Origin: an uncultured delta proteobacterium
GTDB lineage: Bacteria > Myxococcota_A > Polyangia > Polyangiales > JAFGIB01
NCBI GenBank assembly: GCA_963778655.1
Contig: CAVZVA010000003.1
Coordinates: forward strand, 800,001-864,000
Length of the DNA: 64,000 nucleotides
Direction: 5' to 3'
In this document: piece by piece, positions 19,694 to 28,740 of the stretch
How the letters are laid out: every line of letters begins with the position of its first letter
Position numbering within the stretch: position 1 is the first letter of the stretch
The notes under the pieces: model-generated
What the model saw: only the letters and a program-made list of their open reading frames with translations
Database searches by the model: none
Told to the model about the DNA's origin: nothing
Program-made: the position numbers and the translations under genes

Positions 19694-20308
19694 ATGGTGC
19701 GTCGCGAATTGGACGGAGAGGCCGAGCAGGCGTTGCGCGTGCGCGCCAAGCAGGAGCTGCGCCAGCGCCTGCGCCGCGTACGCGCAGCGCTGCCCGCCGC
19801 CGCGTGCGCGGCCCGCTCGGAAGCGATCTGCGCGCGGCTGTGCGAGCTCGAGGCGTTCGCGCGGGCATCGATCGTGATCGGCTACGTCGCGCTGCGCAAG
19901 GAAGCAGACCCCGCCCTCGTGCTGCGGTCGGCACAGCAGGCGGGCAAGCGCGTGGGTCTGGTTCGGGTCGAGCAAGGCGGCGCGCTCGGCCTGCACGGCT
20001 ATCTTCCGGGCGACGCACTGGTCGACAATGCGTACGGCATCCCCGAGCCGGCCGAGGACGCGCCGCGGCTCGAGCCCAGGGAGGTGTCGCTGATCGTAGT
20101 GCCCGCGCTGGCGGTCGACGCGCGCGGCCATCGCATCGGCTACGGGCAGGGCTACTACGACCGGCTGCTGCCCCGGCTGCCGCAGGCGTTCAAGGTCGCG
20201 ATCGCCTACGACTTCCAGCTGCTCGCAGAAGCGCCGTCCACGCCAGGCGACGTGGCGGTCGACTGCGTGGTGACGGACAAGCGAACGCTGGTGCCGGGCG
20301 ACGGCTGA
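19694..20308 (+). CDS. ygfA: 5-formyltetrahydrofolate cyclo-ligase
   Basis: KQELR, YGIPEP, VPALAVD..GHRIGYGQGYYDR. Confidence 0.93.
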   Translation: MVRRELDGEAEQALRVRAKQELRQRLRRVRAALPAAACAARSEAICARLCELEAFARASIVIGYVALRKEADPALVLRSAQQAGKRVGLVRVEQGGALGLHGYLPGDALVDNAYGIPEPAEDAPRLEPREVSLIVVPALAVDARGHRIGYGQGYYDRLLPRLPQAFKVAIAYDFQLLAEAPSTPGDVAVDCVVTDKRTLVPGDG

Positions 20309-20348
20309 GCCGCGTGCCTCCGGGGTTTTCGGGCCCTACACTGCGGGC

Positions 20349-22250
20349 GTGTCCGCCGATTCCATTCGCGACAAGCTCGACGCGCTGCCGGGCACACCCG
20401 GCGTGTACGTGTTCAAGAACCGCGAAGGCGGCGTGCTCTACGTGGGCAAGGCCGCGAACCTGAAGAGCCGCGTCCGCAGCTACTTCCAGGCGGGCAATTC
20501 GGACCAGCGCTACTTCATCGAGCGGCTGCAGCACGAGATCGGCGATCTCGAGACTTACGTCGCGGAGAGCGAAAAGGAAGCGGCGCTGCTGGAGAACAGC
20601 CTGATCAAGGAGCACCAGCCGCGCTACAACGTCAAGCTGCGCGACGACAAGGAGTTCCTCTCGCTGCGGCTCGATGCCGCCGCGCCCTGGCCGCGGCTCG
20701 AGGTGGTGCGCCGGCCCAAGAAGGACGGCGCGCGTTACTTTGGCCCTTACCACTCGGCGTCGGCCGCGCGCAGCACGCTGCGGCTGGTGAACCGCCACTT
20801 CATGCTGCGCACCTGCACCGACGCCGACTTCAAGGCACGCACGCGCCCCTGCCTGCAGTACCAGATCAAGCGCTGCCCCGGGCCGTGCGTGTTCCAGGTT
20901 GATGCAGAGACCTACGGCCAGCAGGTGCGCGGGGTGGGGCTGTTCCTGGAAGGCCGCCACGACGAGCTGATCCAGCAGCTGCAGCAGGCGATGGCGCAGG
21001 CCGCGGACGCCCAGCGCTACGAGCTGGCGGCGATTTACCGCGACCAGCTGCGCGCGGTGTCGGCCACACAACAAGCGCAGCGCGTGGCCGAGGTCGCCGA
21101 CGTCGACCAGGACGTGTTCGGCTATTTTCGTCTGGGCGACAAGGTGGAGCTGGCGGTGCTGATCGCGCGGCGGGGGCGCGTGGTCACCGTGCGCACCTTC
21201 GATCTCAAGGACGTGCGCCTGCCCGACGACGAGCTGGTGGCGTCATTTCTGGGCGAGTACTACCGGCGCAGCAGCTACGTCCCCCACGAGGTGTTGGTGC
21301 CGACTCGTATCGAGGCGGCGCTCGGTCTGGAGCAGATGTTGAGCGAGCAGCGCGGCGGGCGGGTGGCGCTGCTGCGGCCGCAGCGCGGCAAGAAGGCCAA
21401 GCTGCTGCGCATGGCGATGGAGAACGCGGCCCATGCCTTCCGCGAGAAGGCGCGCGCCAGCGAGGACCTGCAGGCGCGGCTCGAGCAGATCAAGCAACGG
21501 CTGCAGCTGCAGGCGCTGCCGGAGCGCATCGAGTGCATCGACGTCTCGCACCTGGGCGGCAGCGACACGGTCGCGGCAATCGTAGCCTTCCGCCACGGGC
21601 AGCCGGACAAGAAGGGCTATCGCAGCTTCCACGTGCGCAAGGCCGCGGCCGGCGACGACTACGCCGCGATGCTCGAGACGCTGCTGCGCCGTCTCCGCCG
21701 CGCCCAGGCTGGCGAGCGCGGCTGGCAGCTACCCGACTTGCTGGTGGTCGACGGCGGCAAGGGCCAGTTGGCGATGGCGCAGCGGGCGCTCTCCGAGCTG
21801 GGCGTGCAGGGCCTGGAGCTGGCTGCGCTGGCCAAAGAAAAGCCGAACGCGCTCGGCGAGCAGCTGGTCGACCGCGTCTACCGGCCCGGGCGCAAGAACG
21901 CGATCGAGCTACGCGAGGGCGGGGCCGCGCTGCAGATCCTGGCCCACGCGCGCGACGAGGCGCACCGGGTCTCGAACGCATTGCGCGAAAAGCTCGCACA
22001 CAGGCGCAAGCTGCACAGCGGCCTCGATGACATCGAAGGCGTGGGCCGCAAGACGCGCGCGCTGCTGCTGCGCGAGCTCGGCTCGCTGCGCGCGATCGAG
22101 CAGGCCGAAGTCGAGCGTCTGGTCGACGCCGGCGCCACGCGCAAGCAAGCCGAGGCGATCCACGCGCACCTGCACGGCGGCGAGGCCGTCGCGCGCGCGC
22201 GGGCCGAAGACGCCGAGGAGCTCGCGGTGGAACACGCCTTCGAGGGGTGA
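20349..22250 (+). CDS. uvrC: Excinuclease ABC subunit C
   Basis: GIY-YIG motifs PGVY..YVGKAANLKSRVRSYF; ERIECIDVSH; VDGGKGQ; RDEAHR; HhH. Confidence 0.97.
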   Translation: MSADSIRDKLDALPGTPGVYVFKNREGGVLYVGKAANLKSRVRSYFQAGNSDQRYFIERLQHEIGDLETYVAESEKEAALLENSLIKEHQPRYNVKLRDDKEFLSLRLDAAAPWPRLEVVRRPKKDGARYFGPYHSASAARSTLRLVNRHFMLRTCTDADFKARTRPCLQYQIKRCPGPCVFQVDAETYGQQVRGVGLFLEGRHDELIQQLQQAMAQAADAQRYELAAIYRDQLRAVSATQQAQRVAEVADVDQDVFGYFRLGDKVELAVLIARRGRVVTVRTFDLKDVRLPDDELVASFLGEYYRRSSYVPHEVLVPTRIEAALGLEQMLSEQRGGRVALLRPQRGKKAKLLRMAMENAAHAFREKARASEDLQARLEQIKQRLQLQALPERIECIDVSHLGGSDTVAAIVAFRHGQPDKKGYRSFHVRKAAAGDDYAAMLETLLRRLRRAQAGERGWQLPDLLVVDGGKGQLAMAQRALSELGVQGLELAALAKEKPNALGEQLVDRVYRPGRKNAIELREGGAALQILAHARDEAHRVSNALREKLAHRRKLHSGLDDIEGVGRKTRALLLRELGSLRAIEQAEVERLVDAGATRKQAEAIHAHLHGGEAVARARAEDAEELAVEHAFEG

Positions 22251-22312
22251 TCGGCCGCGGCCGACCACGACCACGACCACGACCCGGGACCGGGGCTGCA
22301 GCGCTGGGGAGG

Positions 22313-23707
22313 TCAGCGATCGTCGGCGGTGTTCAAAGCCACTCTTAGCCGCACTTCGAAGCGGGCGCCGCCCGCCGGGGGGTTGAAGGCGGATATGCTG
22401 CCGCCCATACCTTCGACCAAGGTGTGCGAGACGGCCAAGCCCAGACCGGTGCCCTGGCCGGTCGGCTTGGTGGTGGTGAAGGGCTCGAACAGGTGATCGA
22501 GCACCTGCCGCGGGAGGCCGGGGCCGTCGTCGCTCACCGCGAGCAGGCAGCCCTCGCCGTCGCGGCGGGCCTCGATCCGGATACGGCCGCGGCCCTGCAT
22601 CGCGTCGACCGCGTTGAGCAGCAGGTTCAGCACCACCTGGGTCAGGCGCTGCGAAGAGCCGAGCACGCGCGGCAAGCCTGGCTCGATCTCGACGCCGATC
22701 TCGATCTGCTGCGAATCCTTTTGCGGGCGCACCAGGTTCACCGCGTCGGCGACGACCTGGTCCAGCTCGGCCTGCTGCCCGCCATCGCCCTCCGGGTCGC
22801 GGCGCGAGAAGTCGAGCAGGTCGCGGATGATGCGGTTGATGCGCTCGGTCTCGCGGTGAACGCGCTGCAGGAACTCCGCGGACTGCTCGGCATCGAGCTC
22901 GGAGGAGCGCAACAGCTCGATCAGGCCGAGAATGGCCGAGAGCGGATTGCCGATCTCGTGGGCGACGCCCGCGGCCAGGCGCCCGACCGAGGCCAGCTTC
23001 TCGCCGTGGATCAGCTGCTGCTGGGTGGTCCTGAGCTCGGTCGTCTTGTGCTCGAGCTCGCCCAGGCGCTGCTCGAGCGCCTGGCGCTCGGATCGCAGCT
23101 GGCGCGCCATCTCGTTGAACGCCGCGGCCAGGCGTGCCACCTCGGCCGCGCCCCGCTCGGGCACGCGCACATCGCTGGTCCCGCCCGCGAGCAGCTCGCT
23201 GCCGCGCGTGAGCTGATCCAGCGGCCGCACGATCCAATAGGTCAGCAGAATATAGGTGAGGACGACCACCGCAAGACCGGTGATCGCGACGTAGAGCAGC
23301 AACAGGTTTCCGAGCGCACGGGTAGCCGAGGCGGCGGGTCGCCGCAGCCAGAAGGTGAGGCGGCTGCCGCCGGGCAGCGCCACGCCGACGCCGGATCCGC
23401 CCGGAACGCGCCCGCGGCCGTAGCTGGTGCCATCGCGCGTGCGCACGCGCACCGCCTGCAGCCCGCCGCGCCGCACCAGCGCGTCGAGCACAACCTCGGC
23501 CGAGGGTGCGCGGCCGGCGTCAGTCGGCGCCAAGGCCATCGAGAGCGCCTGCGCATACAGGCGCGCCGAGCGAGCGCGCTCGGCCTGACCGGCCGCCTGG
23601 GTCAGGCGCAGAGTGGCGGTGCCCAGCAGCGCGAACGAGATCAGGTACACCACCGACAGCGCCACCACCAGCTGCGCGCGAAGCCCGAAGCGGAGGTAAC
23701 CGTTCAA
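22313..23707 (-). CDS. Sensor histidine kinase (TM-HAMP-HisKA-HATPase)
   Basis: EKLASVGRLAAGVAHEIGNPL; QVVLNLLLNAVDA; DDGPG; FEPFTTTK; GTGLGL; TTG start inferred. Confidence 0.92.
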   Translation of the reverse strand: MNGYLRFGLRAQLVVALSVVYLISFALLGTATLRLTQAAGQAERARSARLYAQALSMALAPTDAGRAPSAEVVLDALVRRGGLQAVRVRTRDGTSYGRGRVPGGSGVGVALPGGSRLTFWLRRPAASATRALGNLLLLYVAITGLAVVVLTYILLTYWIVRPLDQLTRGSELLAGGTSDVRVPERGAAEVARLAAAFNEMARQLRSERQALEQRLGELEHKTTELRTTQQQLIHGEKLASVGRLAAGVAHEIGNPLSAILGLIELLRSSELDAEQSAEFLQRVHRETERINRIIRDLLDFSRRDPEGDGGQQAELDQVVADAVNLVRPQKDSQQIEIGVEIEPGLPRVLGSSQRLTQVVLNLLLNAVDAMQGRGRIRIEARRDGEGCLLAVSDDGPGLPRQVLDHLFEPFTTTKPTGQGTGLGLAVSHTLVEGMGGSISAFNPPAGGARFEVRLRVALNTADDR

Positions 23708-23711
23708 CGGA

Positions 23712-24677
23712 TCAGTCCGTGAGCTGATCGATCCGCACCTTGAGCTCCGCGAAGCGCTTGAGGAACGCGCCGTGCTCGCTGCGGAACGACTGCATGTAGC
23801 GCCGCTCCTCGCGGCGCGCGAGCAGCTCGGCCACCAGCTCCTGCATGCACGCGACCAGCTCGTCGACGGAGCCGCACGGCCAGGCCTTGGTCGCCCTGCC
23901 GCCTTCGTAGCGTTCGGCCTTGCCTTCGCCTCGGGTCGAGTACAGCAGCCCCAGCATCTGCGGCTGCTGCTCCTGGGCGGAGCGCAGCAACATCGGGCCG
24001 GGCAGGTCGCTGAGCTGCTCGCGCACGACCACGATCTGGAAGTTGAAGCTGCTGGCACGGTCGAGACCGGATCCGCCGCTGAGCTCGACCGAAACGTCCC
24101 AGGCTTTTTCGCCAAGCTTGTCGGCGATCTGCTTCAGAAAGCCCTGGTCCTCGTCGACGATCAGGATCGCGGGCTTCATCGCCAACCCTCCGCCGCTGGA
24201 ATCGCCGCCGTAGAGCTTGCGCCCCATCGCCAACATGATGCGCAGCGATTCGGCCATCACGTCTTTGACCTCGTTCAGCAGGGCGCCGCCCTTGTCGCCG
24301 GTGCGCGCCAGATCGATCGCGCGCCGCACCGTGCCCTGCAGGTGGGCGATCTGATCGGGACGCTTGCTGACCACGTCGACCACGCCCAGGCGCAAGGCCT
24401 CGACCACGGCCTCGAACGAGCGCCGGCCGGCCAGCAGCACGATGCGCGTCGGCGCCGAGGTCTGCGCGATGAAGCGGGCGAGCTCCAGGCCGCTGCCGGT
24501 GGCGCCGAAATCGAGGTCGATCACCGCCGCCGGAAAGAACTTGCGCCGCACCAGCTCCTTGGCGGTCTCGAGATCGGCGCAGGCCGTGCACACGTAGCCC
24601 TGATCGTCGAAGAGCTTGCGCAAGCCTTCGCGATCGCGCTCGGTGCCATCGGCGATCAGCAGCTCTTCGCCCGCCAT
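23712..24677 (-). CDS. Response regulator with two receiver-like domains
   Basis: REC1 LLIADG...AVIDLDF...VVSK; REC2 ILIVDED...IVVVREQL; no DNA-binding domain seen. Confidence 0.8.
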   Translation of the reverse strand: MAGEELLIADGTERDREGLRKLFDDQGYVCTACADLETAKELVRRKFFPAAVIDLDFGATGSGLELARFIAQTSAPTRIVLLAGRRSFEAVVEALRLGVVDVVSKRPDQIAHLQGTVRRAIDLARTGDKGGALLNEVKDVMAESLRIMLAMGRKLYGGDSSGGGLAMKPAILIVDEDQGFLKQIADKLGEKAWDVSVELSGGSGLDRASSFNFQIVVVREQLSDLPGPMLLRSAQEQQPQMLGLLYSTRGEGKAERYEGGRATKAWPCGSVDELVACMQELVAELLARREERRYMQSFRSEHGAFLKRFAELKVRIDQLTD

Positions 24678-24855
24678 CTGCCCGATAGGATAGCCGATCC
24701 GCCGGCCGCCGCAGAATTCGGGTGCCAGGCCGCGCGCCCGCAGGCCGAGGCGGCCCCGGCACCCCTGGAGGCCCGCGCAGGTAGGGCGAGGTAGCGCGGA
24801 AAACTGCACGCGATCGCAGTAGCGACCGAGGCCGTGTGTTCGTACGCTGGATAAC

Positions 24856-25932
24856 ATGAGCAGTACGCGCGCAGAGGACTCGGGTGTGTTCGCAGAGCTC
24901 GCCGACCACGACTACGGTGAGGTGCACTTTCGGCTGGATGCAGGCTCGCAGTTGCGGGCGATCGTCGCCATTCACGATACGCGGCTCGGCCCAGCGCTGG
25001 GCGGCTGCCGCTTCATCTCGTACGCCAGCGAGCGCGCTGCGCTGATCGACGCGCTGCGGCTGGCGCGGGCGATGACCTACAAGGCGGCGCTCGCGCGCCT
25101 GCGCCACGGCGGGGGCAAGGCCGTGCTGATCCGCCCCCCGGGCGAGCTCGACCGCGGTGCGCTGTTCGCCAGCTTCGGCCGCTTCGTCGACCAGCTCGGC
25201 GGACGTTACCTCACCACCGAGGACAGCGGCACCTCGCCCGACGACATGGAGCTGGTGCGCAAGAGCACCCGCCACGTGTGCGGCTTCGGCCTGCCGAGCG
25301 GCGGCTCGGGCGACCCTTCGCCGTTCACGGCGCTGGGCGTTCGGCGTGGCATCGAAGCCTGCGTGCGCTGGCAGCTTGGCAAGGGCAGCCTCTCGGGGGT
25401 GCGGGTGGCGGTGCAGGGCGTCGGCAACGTGGGCTACCACCTGTGCAAGGAGCTGGCGGCGTGCGGCGCCCAGCTGTCCGTGGCCGACGTACGCGACGAG
25501 CTGGCTGCGCGCGTCGCTTCGGACTTCGGTGCCGAGATCGTGAGCAGCGCGACCATCCACAAGCAGGCCTGCGATGTGTTCGCGCCGTGCGCGCTGGGCG
25601 GAGCGCTCAACGATCGCACCGTACCGGAGCTGCGCTGCGCGATCGTGGCGGGCGCCGCGAACAACCAGCTGGCGAGCGCGCACAACGGCGAGATGCTGCA
25701 GGCGCGCGGCATCCTGTACGCGCCCGACTACGCGATCAATGCGGGAGGCCTGATCAACGTGGCGCAGGAAGTCGCGGGCTACGACGCCGAGAAGGCGCGC
25801 GCGCGCACGCTGCTGATCCATGACACCATCACGGAGATCTGCGAGCGCGCGCGGGCCACGTCGAGCCCGCCGAGCCGGGTCGCCGACGCTATGGTGCGCG
25901 AGATCCTCGACGCGGCGCCGGCGCAGCCGTAG
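24856..25932 (+). CDS. Leu/Phe/Val dehydrogenase
   Basis: GPALGGCR, MTYKAA, GGGKAV, GDPSPFTALGV, QGVGNVG, GAANNQL. Confidence 0.93.
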   Translation: MSSTRAEDSGVFAELADHDYGEVHFRLDAGSQLRAIVAIHDTRLGPALGGCRFISYASERAALIDALRLARAMTYKAALARLRHGGGKAVLIRPPGELDRGALFASFGRFVDQLGGRYLTTEDSGTSPDDMELVRKSTRHVCGFGLPSGGSGDPSPFTALGVRRGIEACVRWQLGKGSLSGVRVAVQGVGNVGYHLCKELAACGAQLSVADVRDELAARVASDFGAEIVSSATIHKQACDVFAPCALGGALNDRTVPELRCAIVAGAANNQLASAHNGEMLQARGILYAPDYAINAGGLINVAQEVAGYDAEKARARTLLIHDTITEICERARATSSPPSRVADAMVREILDAAPAQP

Positions 25933-26073
25933 CGCCGCTTGCTCAGCTCCCGTTCAGAAGCGGCCGCAACCACGAGCGAGCGCAACGCAGTGCAGCGAGC
26001 CCCGCAGGAGGGTGGGGCGCCCGACGGCTTTGCCGGCGGGGCGGGAGGGCGCGTGCCCCTTCCGGTCAGCAGC

Positions 26074-26850
26074 CTACATCACCAGCCAGACGTAGCCGTC
26101 ATCCAGCTGCACCTGGTGCTCGCCCTTGCCGTCGGCGTCGGCGATCGTGAGCTTGTGGTGGCGGTCGATGGCCAGCGCCAGCTCGCTGACCGCGTCGTCG
26201 GGGCCCATGTGCGAGACGCGCTCGTTGCCGACGCCGACGATCTGGTCTCCCACGCGGATGCCGGCGCGCGCGGCCGGCGAGTAGGGCTCCACGGCGTAGA
26301 CCTTGAGGCTGTCGGGCCGGGCCTCGACCGAGACGCCGACGCCCTTGTGCGGCCGCGGCGCGCTCAGGGTGATGGTCACCGCGCCCAGGCTCTCGAGGTT
26401 GAGCCGGGCCGGTGCATCGAGCACGCTGGCCGTCGCGGGCAGGCCCCGGTGCTCCAGCTGTCCGATCGGGTCGGCGGTCAGCGCTGAATCCCAGTCCCAC
26501 ATCTCGAGCCGGAGCACGCTCTCATTGCCGATGACCACGTTGTTGGGCAGCACCACGTTCCATTGCGGCTTGGTCTGGTCGGTCTTGACCTCGGACTTCC
26601 ACACCAGGCGACCATCGACGAACAGCTTCACGAAGGGGTCGGGCCCGCTGCCGTCGTCGTCCCAGGGCAGCCCGGAAACCTTGGTCGGCGGCACCTCGCC
26701 GCTGTCGAGCCTGAAGGTATACAGGGAGGCCGGACGGTCCTTGCTCACCAGCCTCGGGTTGGGAACGACGTGAAGGGGCGTGGTGTAGCGCTGATATGCA
26801 CAGCCCGCGAGACTGACCAGGATTAGGACTGCCGAGCCGGGAACGCGCAT
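26074..26850 (-). CDS. Lipoprotein with C2-like and PDZ domains
   Basis: Lipobox LAGC; WDDDGSGPDPFVKL...PQWN...LEMWDWD...DPIG; GVGV...SPAARAGIRVGDQIVGV. Confidence 0.8.
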   Translation of the reverse strand: MRVPGSAVLILVSLAGCAYQRYTTPLHVVPNPRLVSKDRPASLYTFRLDSGEVPPTKVSGLPWDDDGSGPDPFVKLFVDGRLVWKSEVKTDQTKPQWNVVLPNNVVIGNESVLRLEMWDWDSALTADPIGQLEHRGLPATASVLDAPARLNLESLGAVTITLSAPRPHKGVGVSVEARPDSLKVYAVEPYSPAARAGIRVGDQIVGVGNERVSHMGPDDAVSELALAIDRHHKLTIADADGKGEHQVQLDDGYVWLVM

Positions 26851-27043
26851 GGCGCCGAGCATGCCACGTCTCGCCTACCCAGCCAATGAAGCGCGCCGCG
26901 GCGCGCAGGTGTGAGCGAAGCGAATAGCCGGCAGAGAGAGGTCCGCCAGCCGGCAGGGCGGAGGGGGCACGGGCCCTCCCCGCTGAGGCCAAGCTTGCGT
27001 CCGCCCTCCGCCCCGCGCTAGAACGCCCCGCTGGAGGCGTCGG

Positions 27044-27262
27044 ATGAACAAGCGCGTGCTGCTGGTGCTGGCCATGACGATCGCGGGGGCGCTGTGGAGT
27101 GCTGGCTGCGAGGACGATCCCCACGATCTGGACTACCTCAAGCACTCTGCTGCCGGCGCCGGCGGCGGCGGGGGACAGGCCGGTACCTCGGGCACCACGG
27201 ATGCGGGTAGCAAGCAGGACGCCGGCAGCGACGCAGGCGGCAGCGCTGACGCCGGCCACTGA
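27044..27262 (+). CDS. Small Gly-rich lipoprotein
   Basis: GGAGG RBS; MNKRVLLVLAMTIAGALWSAGC lipobox; DAG-rich tail. Confidence 0.7.
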   Translation: MNKRVLLVLAMTIAGALWSAGCEDDPHDLDYLKHSAAGAGGGGGQAGTSGTTDAGSKQDAGSDAGGSADAGH

Positions 27263-27298
27263 GCCTCGCCCTGGTGGGCGCGCGCAGCGGCGCCGCGA

Positions 27299-27961
27299 TC
27301 AGAAGACGTACTTCAGATAGGCCGCGCTGTGGATGCCGAGCGTGCGCTCGCCACCCAGGCCCGCGAGGTTGGGATAGAGCCGCGCACCGGCCAGCAGGCC
27401 GAGCGAGTAGTGGCGGCTGAGCAGGTGCCAGTCGAAGCCGAGGCTGCCGCCGTAGATCAGCCCGGCCGAGCCCGCGTCCTTGAAGCCGTAGGACGCCAGC
27501 AGATTGCCGGGCGTCCAATCGATCCCGGCCTCGAGCCCGAACCAGGGCGCCGCGCGTGCCGAGAGCGGCCACTGCAGCCGCGCCTGCGCCAGCACGTCGA
27601 GCAACTCGAAGTTACCAGGGCTCGGCGGCGGCGGCGCAGAAGTCTGGTGCAGCGACAGCTCGAGCGCCGCGGCGACCAGGAACCACTGCGTGAGCTCGTA
27701 GCCCAAGCCCACGTGAGCCAGCAGGCCCGGAAGCGACACCCGGCCGAGACCACCGGCGAAGCCGCGCCCGCCCAGGTGGCTCTGCAGGAAGAAGCCGTGC
27801 GCAAACATGTCGCGGCGCACCGCAATCGCTTCGGGGGGCAGGCGCTCGACGTCGAGCCGCGTCGGGTCGGGCGCCTCGGTCCGTTGCGCCTGAGCCGCGG
27901 CGCGCGACGACGCGCCCGCCACGCTGGCGAGCAGGGCGATGCAGAGCAACAGCCGCGTCAC
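27299..27961 (-). CDS. Outer-membrane beta-barrel protein (GltH/NfsH position)
   Basis: Signal peptide, about 8 amphipathic strands, C-terminal YLKYVF beta-signal; last gene of the operon. Confidence 0.7.
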   Translation of the reverse strand: MTRLLLCIALLASVAGASSRAAAQAQRTEAPDPTRLDVERLPPEAIAVRRDMFAHGFFLQSHLGGRGFAGGLGRVSLPGLLAHVGLGYELTQWFLVAAALELSLHQTSAPPPPSPGNFELLDVLAQARLQWPLSARAAPWFGLEAGIDWTPGNLLASYGFKDAGSAGLIYGGSLGFDWHLLSRHYSLGLLAGARLYPNLAGLGGERTLGIHSAAYLKYVF

Positions 27962-28740
27962 GGCATCGCCGCCATCGTCATCGGGGTGAACGGCTGCGGG
28001 TCGATGTGCATCGCGTTTTGCGGTGAATCGGTCAGGCGGTCGCCCACGTCGCGCACGCGCACGGAAGCCTCGAGCAGGATCTTACCCGCCTGCTCGGTGC
28101 GCAAGCCGATGCGAAAGCCCACCAACCCCGGGATCACCTTCGGCATGTAGGGATCGCTTCGCGGATCGCTGCCGGACTTGTTCTCGAAGTAGACCGTCTC
28201 GTTGGGATTGGGATCGCCGTTGACGACCGTCGCCAGGTCCACGGCCACCTCGTCCAGCTCTTCCTCGCGAACGGTGCGACTGATGCGCTGCTTGGGCTCG
28301 AGCTTGTACTCGCGCTCCCACTGCGAGTAGTCGGCCTGCAGCATCTCGTCGACCACTTGCACGCCCGGCACGTACTCGTCGAACTCGTTGAAGCCGTTGA
28401 GCACGACCGCCACGTTGTGCTCCTGGTTGTCGAGGCTGGAGAGCGTGAAGTCGACCTCGATCGGCAGATCGCCCCGGCCGACCCAGGGCAGGCGCGGAAA
28501 CGGCAGGTTCTTGAAGCTGCCGGCGCCCTTGCGCAAGTCCTGTAGCGCGGTCTGAGAAGGCTTGCGGATCTGTAGCGGCACGCGCTTCTCCACCAGGAAG
28601 AAGGAGGTGTCGCCGGCGGTGATCGCGGCCGGCGTGCTGGCGGTGAGCGCGACCTGGTAGAGCCCGCCGTCGCCAGCGTATTCCGGCTCATTGGTACACC
28701 CGATCGCGAACAGACAGGCCATCCAGACGCAGTACCGCAT
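27958..28740 (-). CDS. Lipoprotein of unknown function in the Glt/Nfs-like operon
   Basis: Lipobox AIGC; overlaps both neighbours. Confidence 0.75.
   Translation of the reverse strand: MRYCVWMACLFAIGCTNEPEYAGDGGLYQVALTASTPAAITAGDTSFFLVEKRVPLQIRKPSQTALQDLRKGAGSFKNLPFPRLPWVGRGDLPIEVDFTLSSLDNQEHNVAVVLNGFNEFDEYVPGVQVVDEMLQADYSQWEREYKLEPKQRISRTVREEELDEVAVDLATVVNGDPNPNETVYFENKSGSDPRSDPYMPKVIPGLVGFRIGLRTEQAGKILLEASVRVRDVGDRLTDSPQNAMHIDPQPFTPMTMAAMP

Noticed and set aside
22263..22284. (GACCAC)n microsatellite between uvrC and the histidine kinase gene
   Set aside because: Only about 3.5 units in a convergent spacer; no evidence of function
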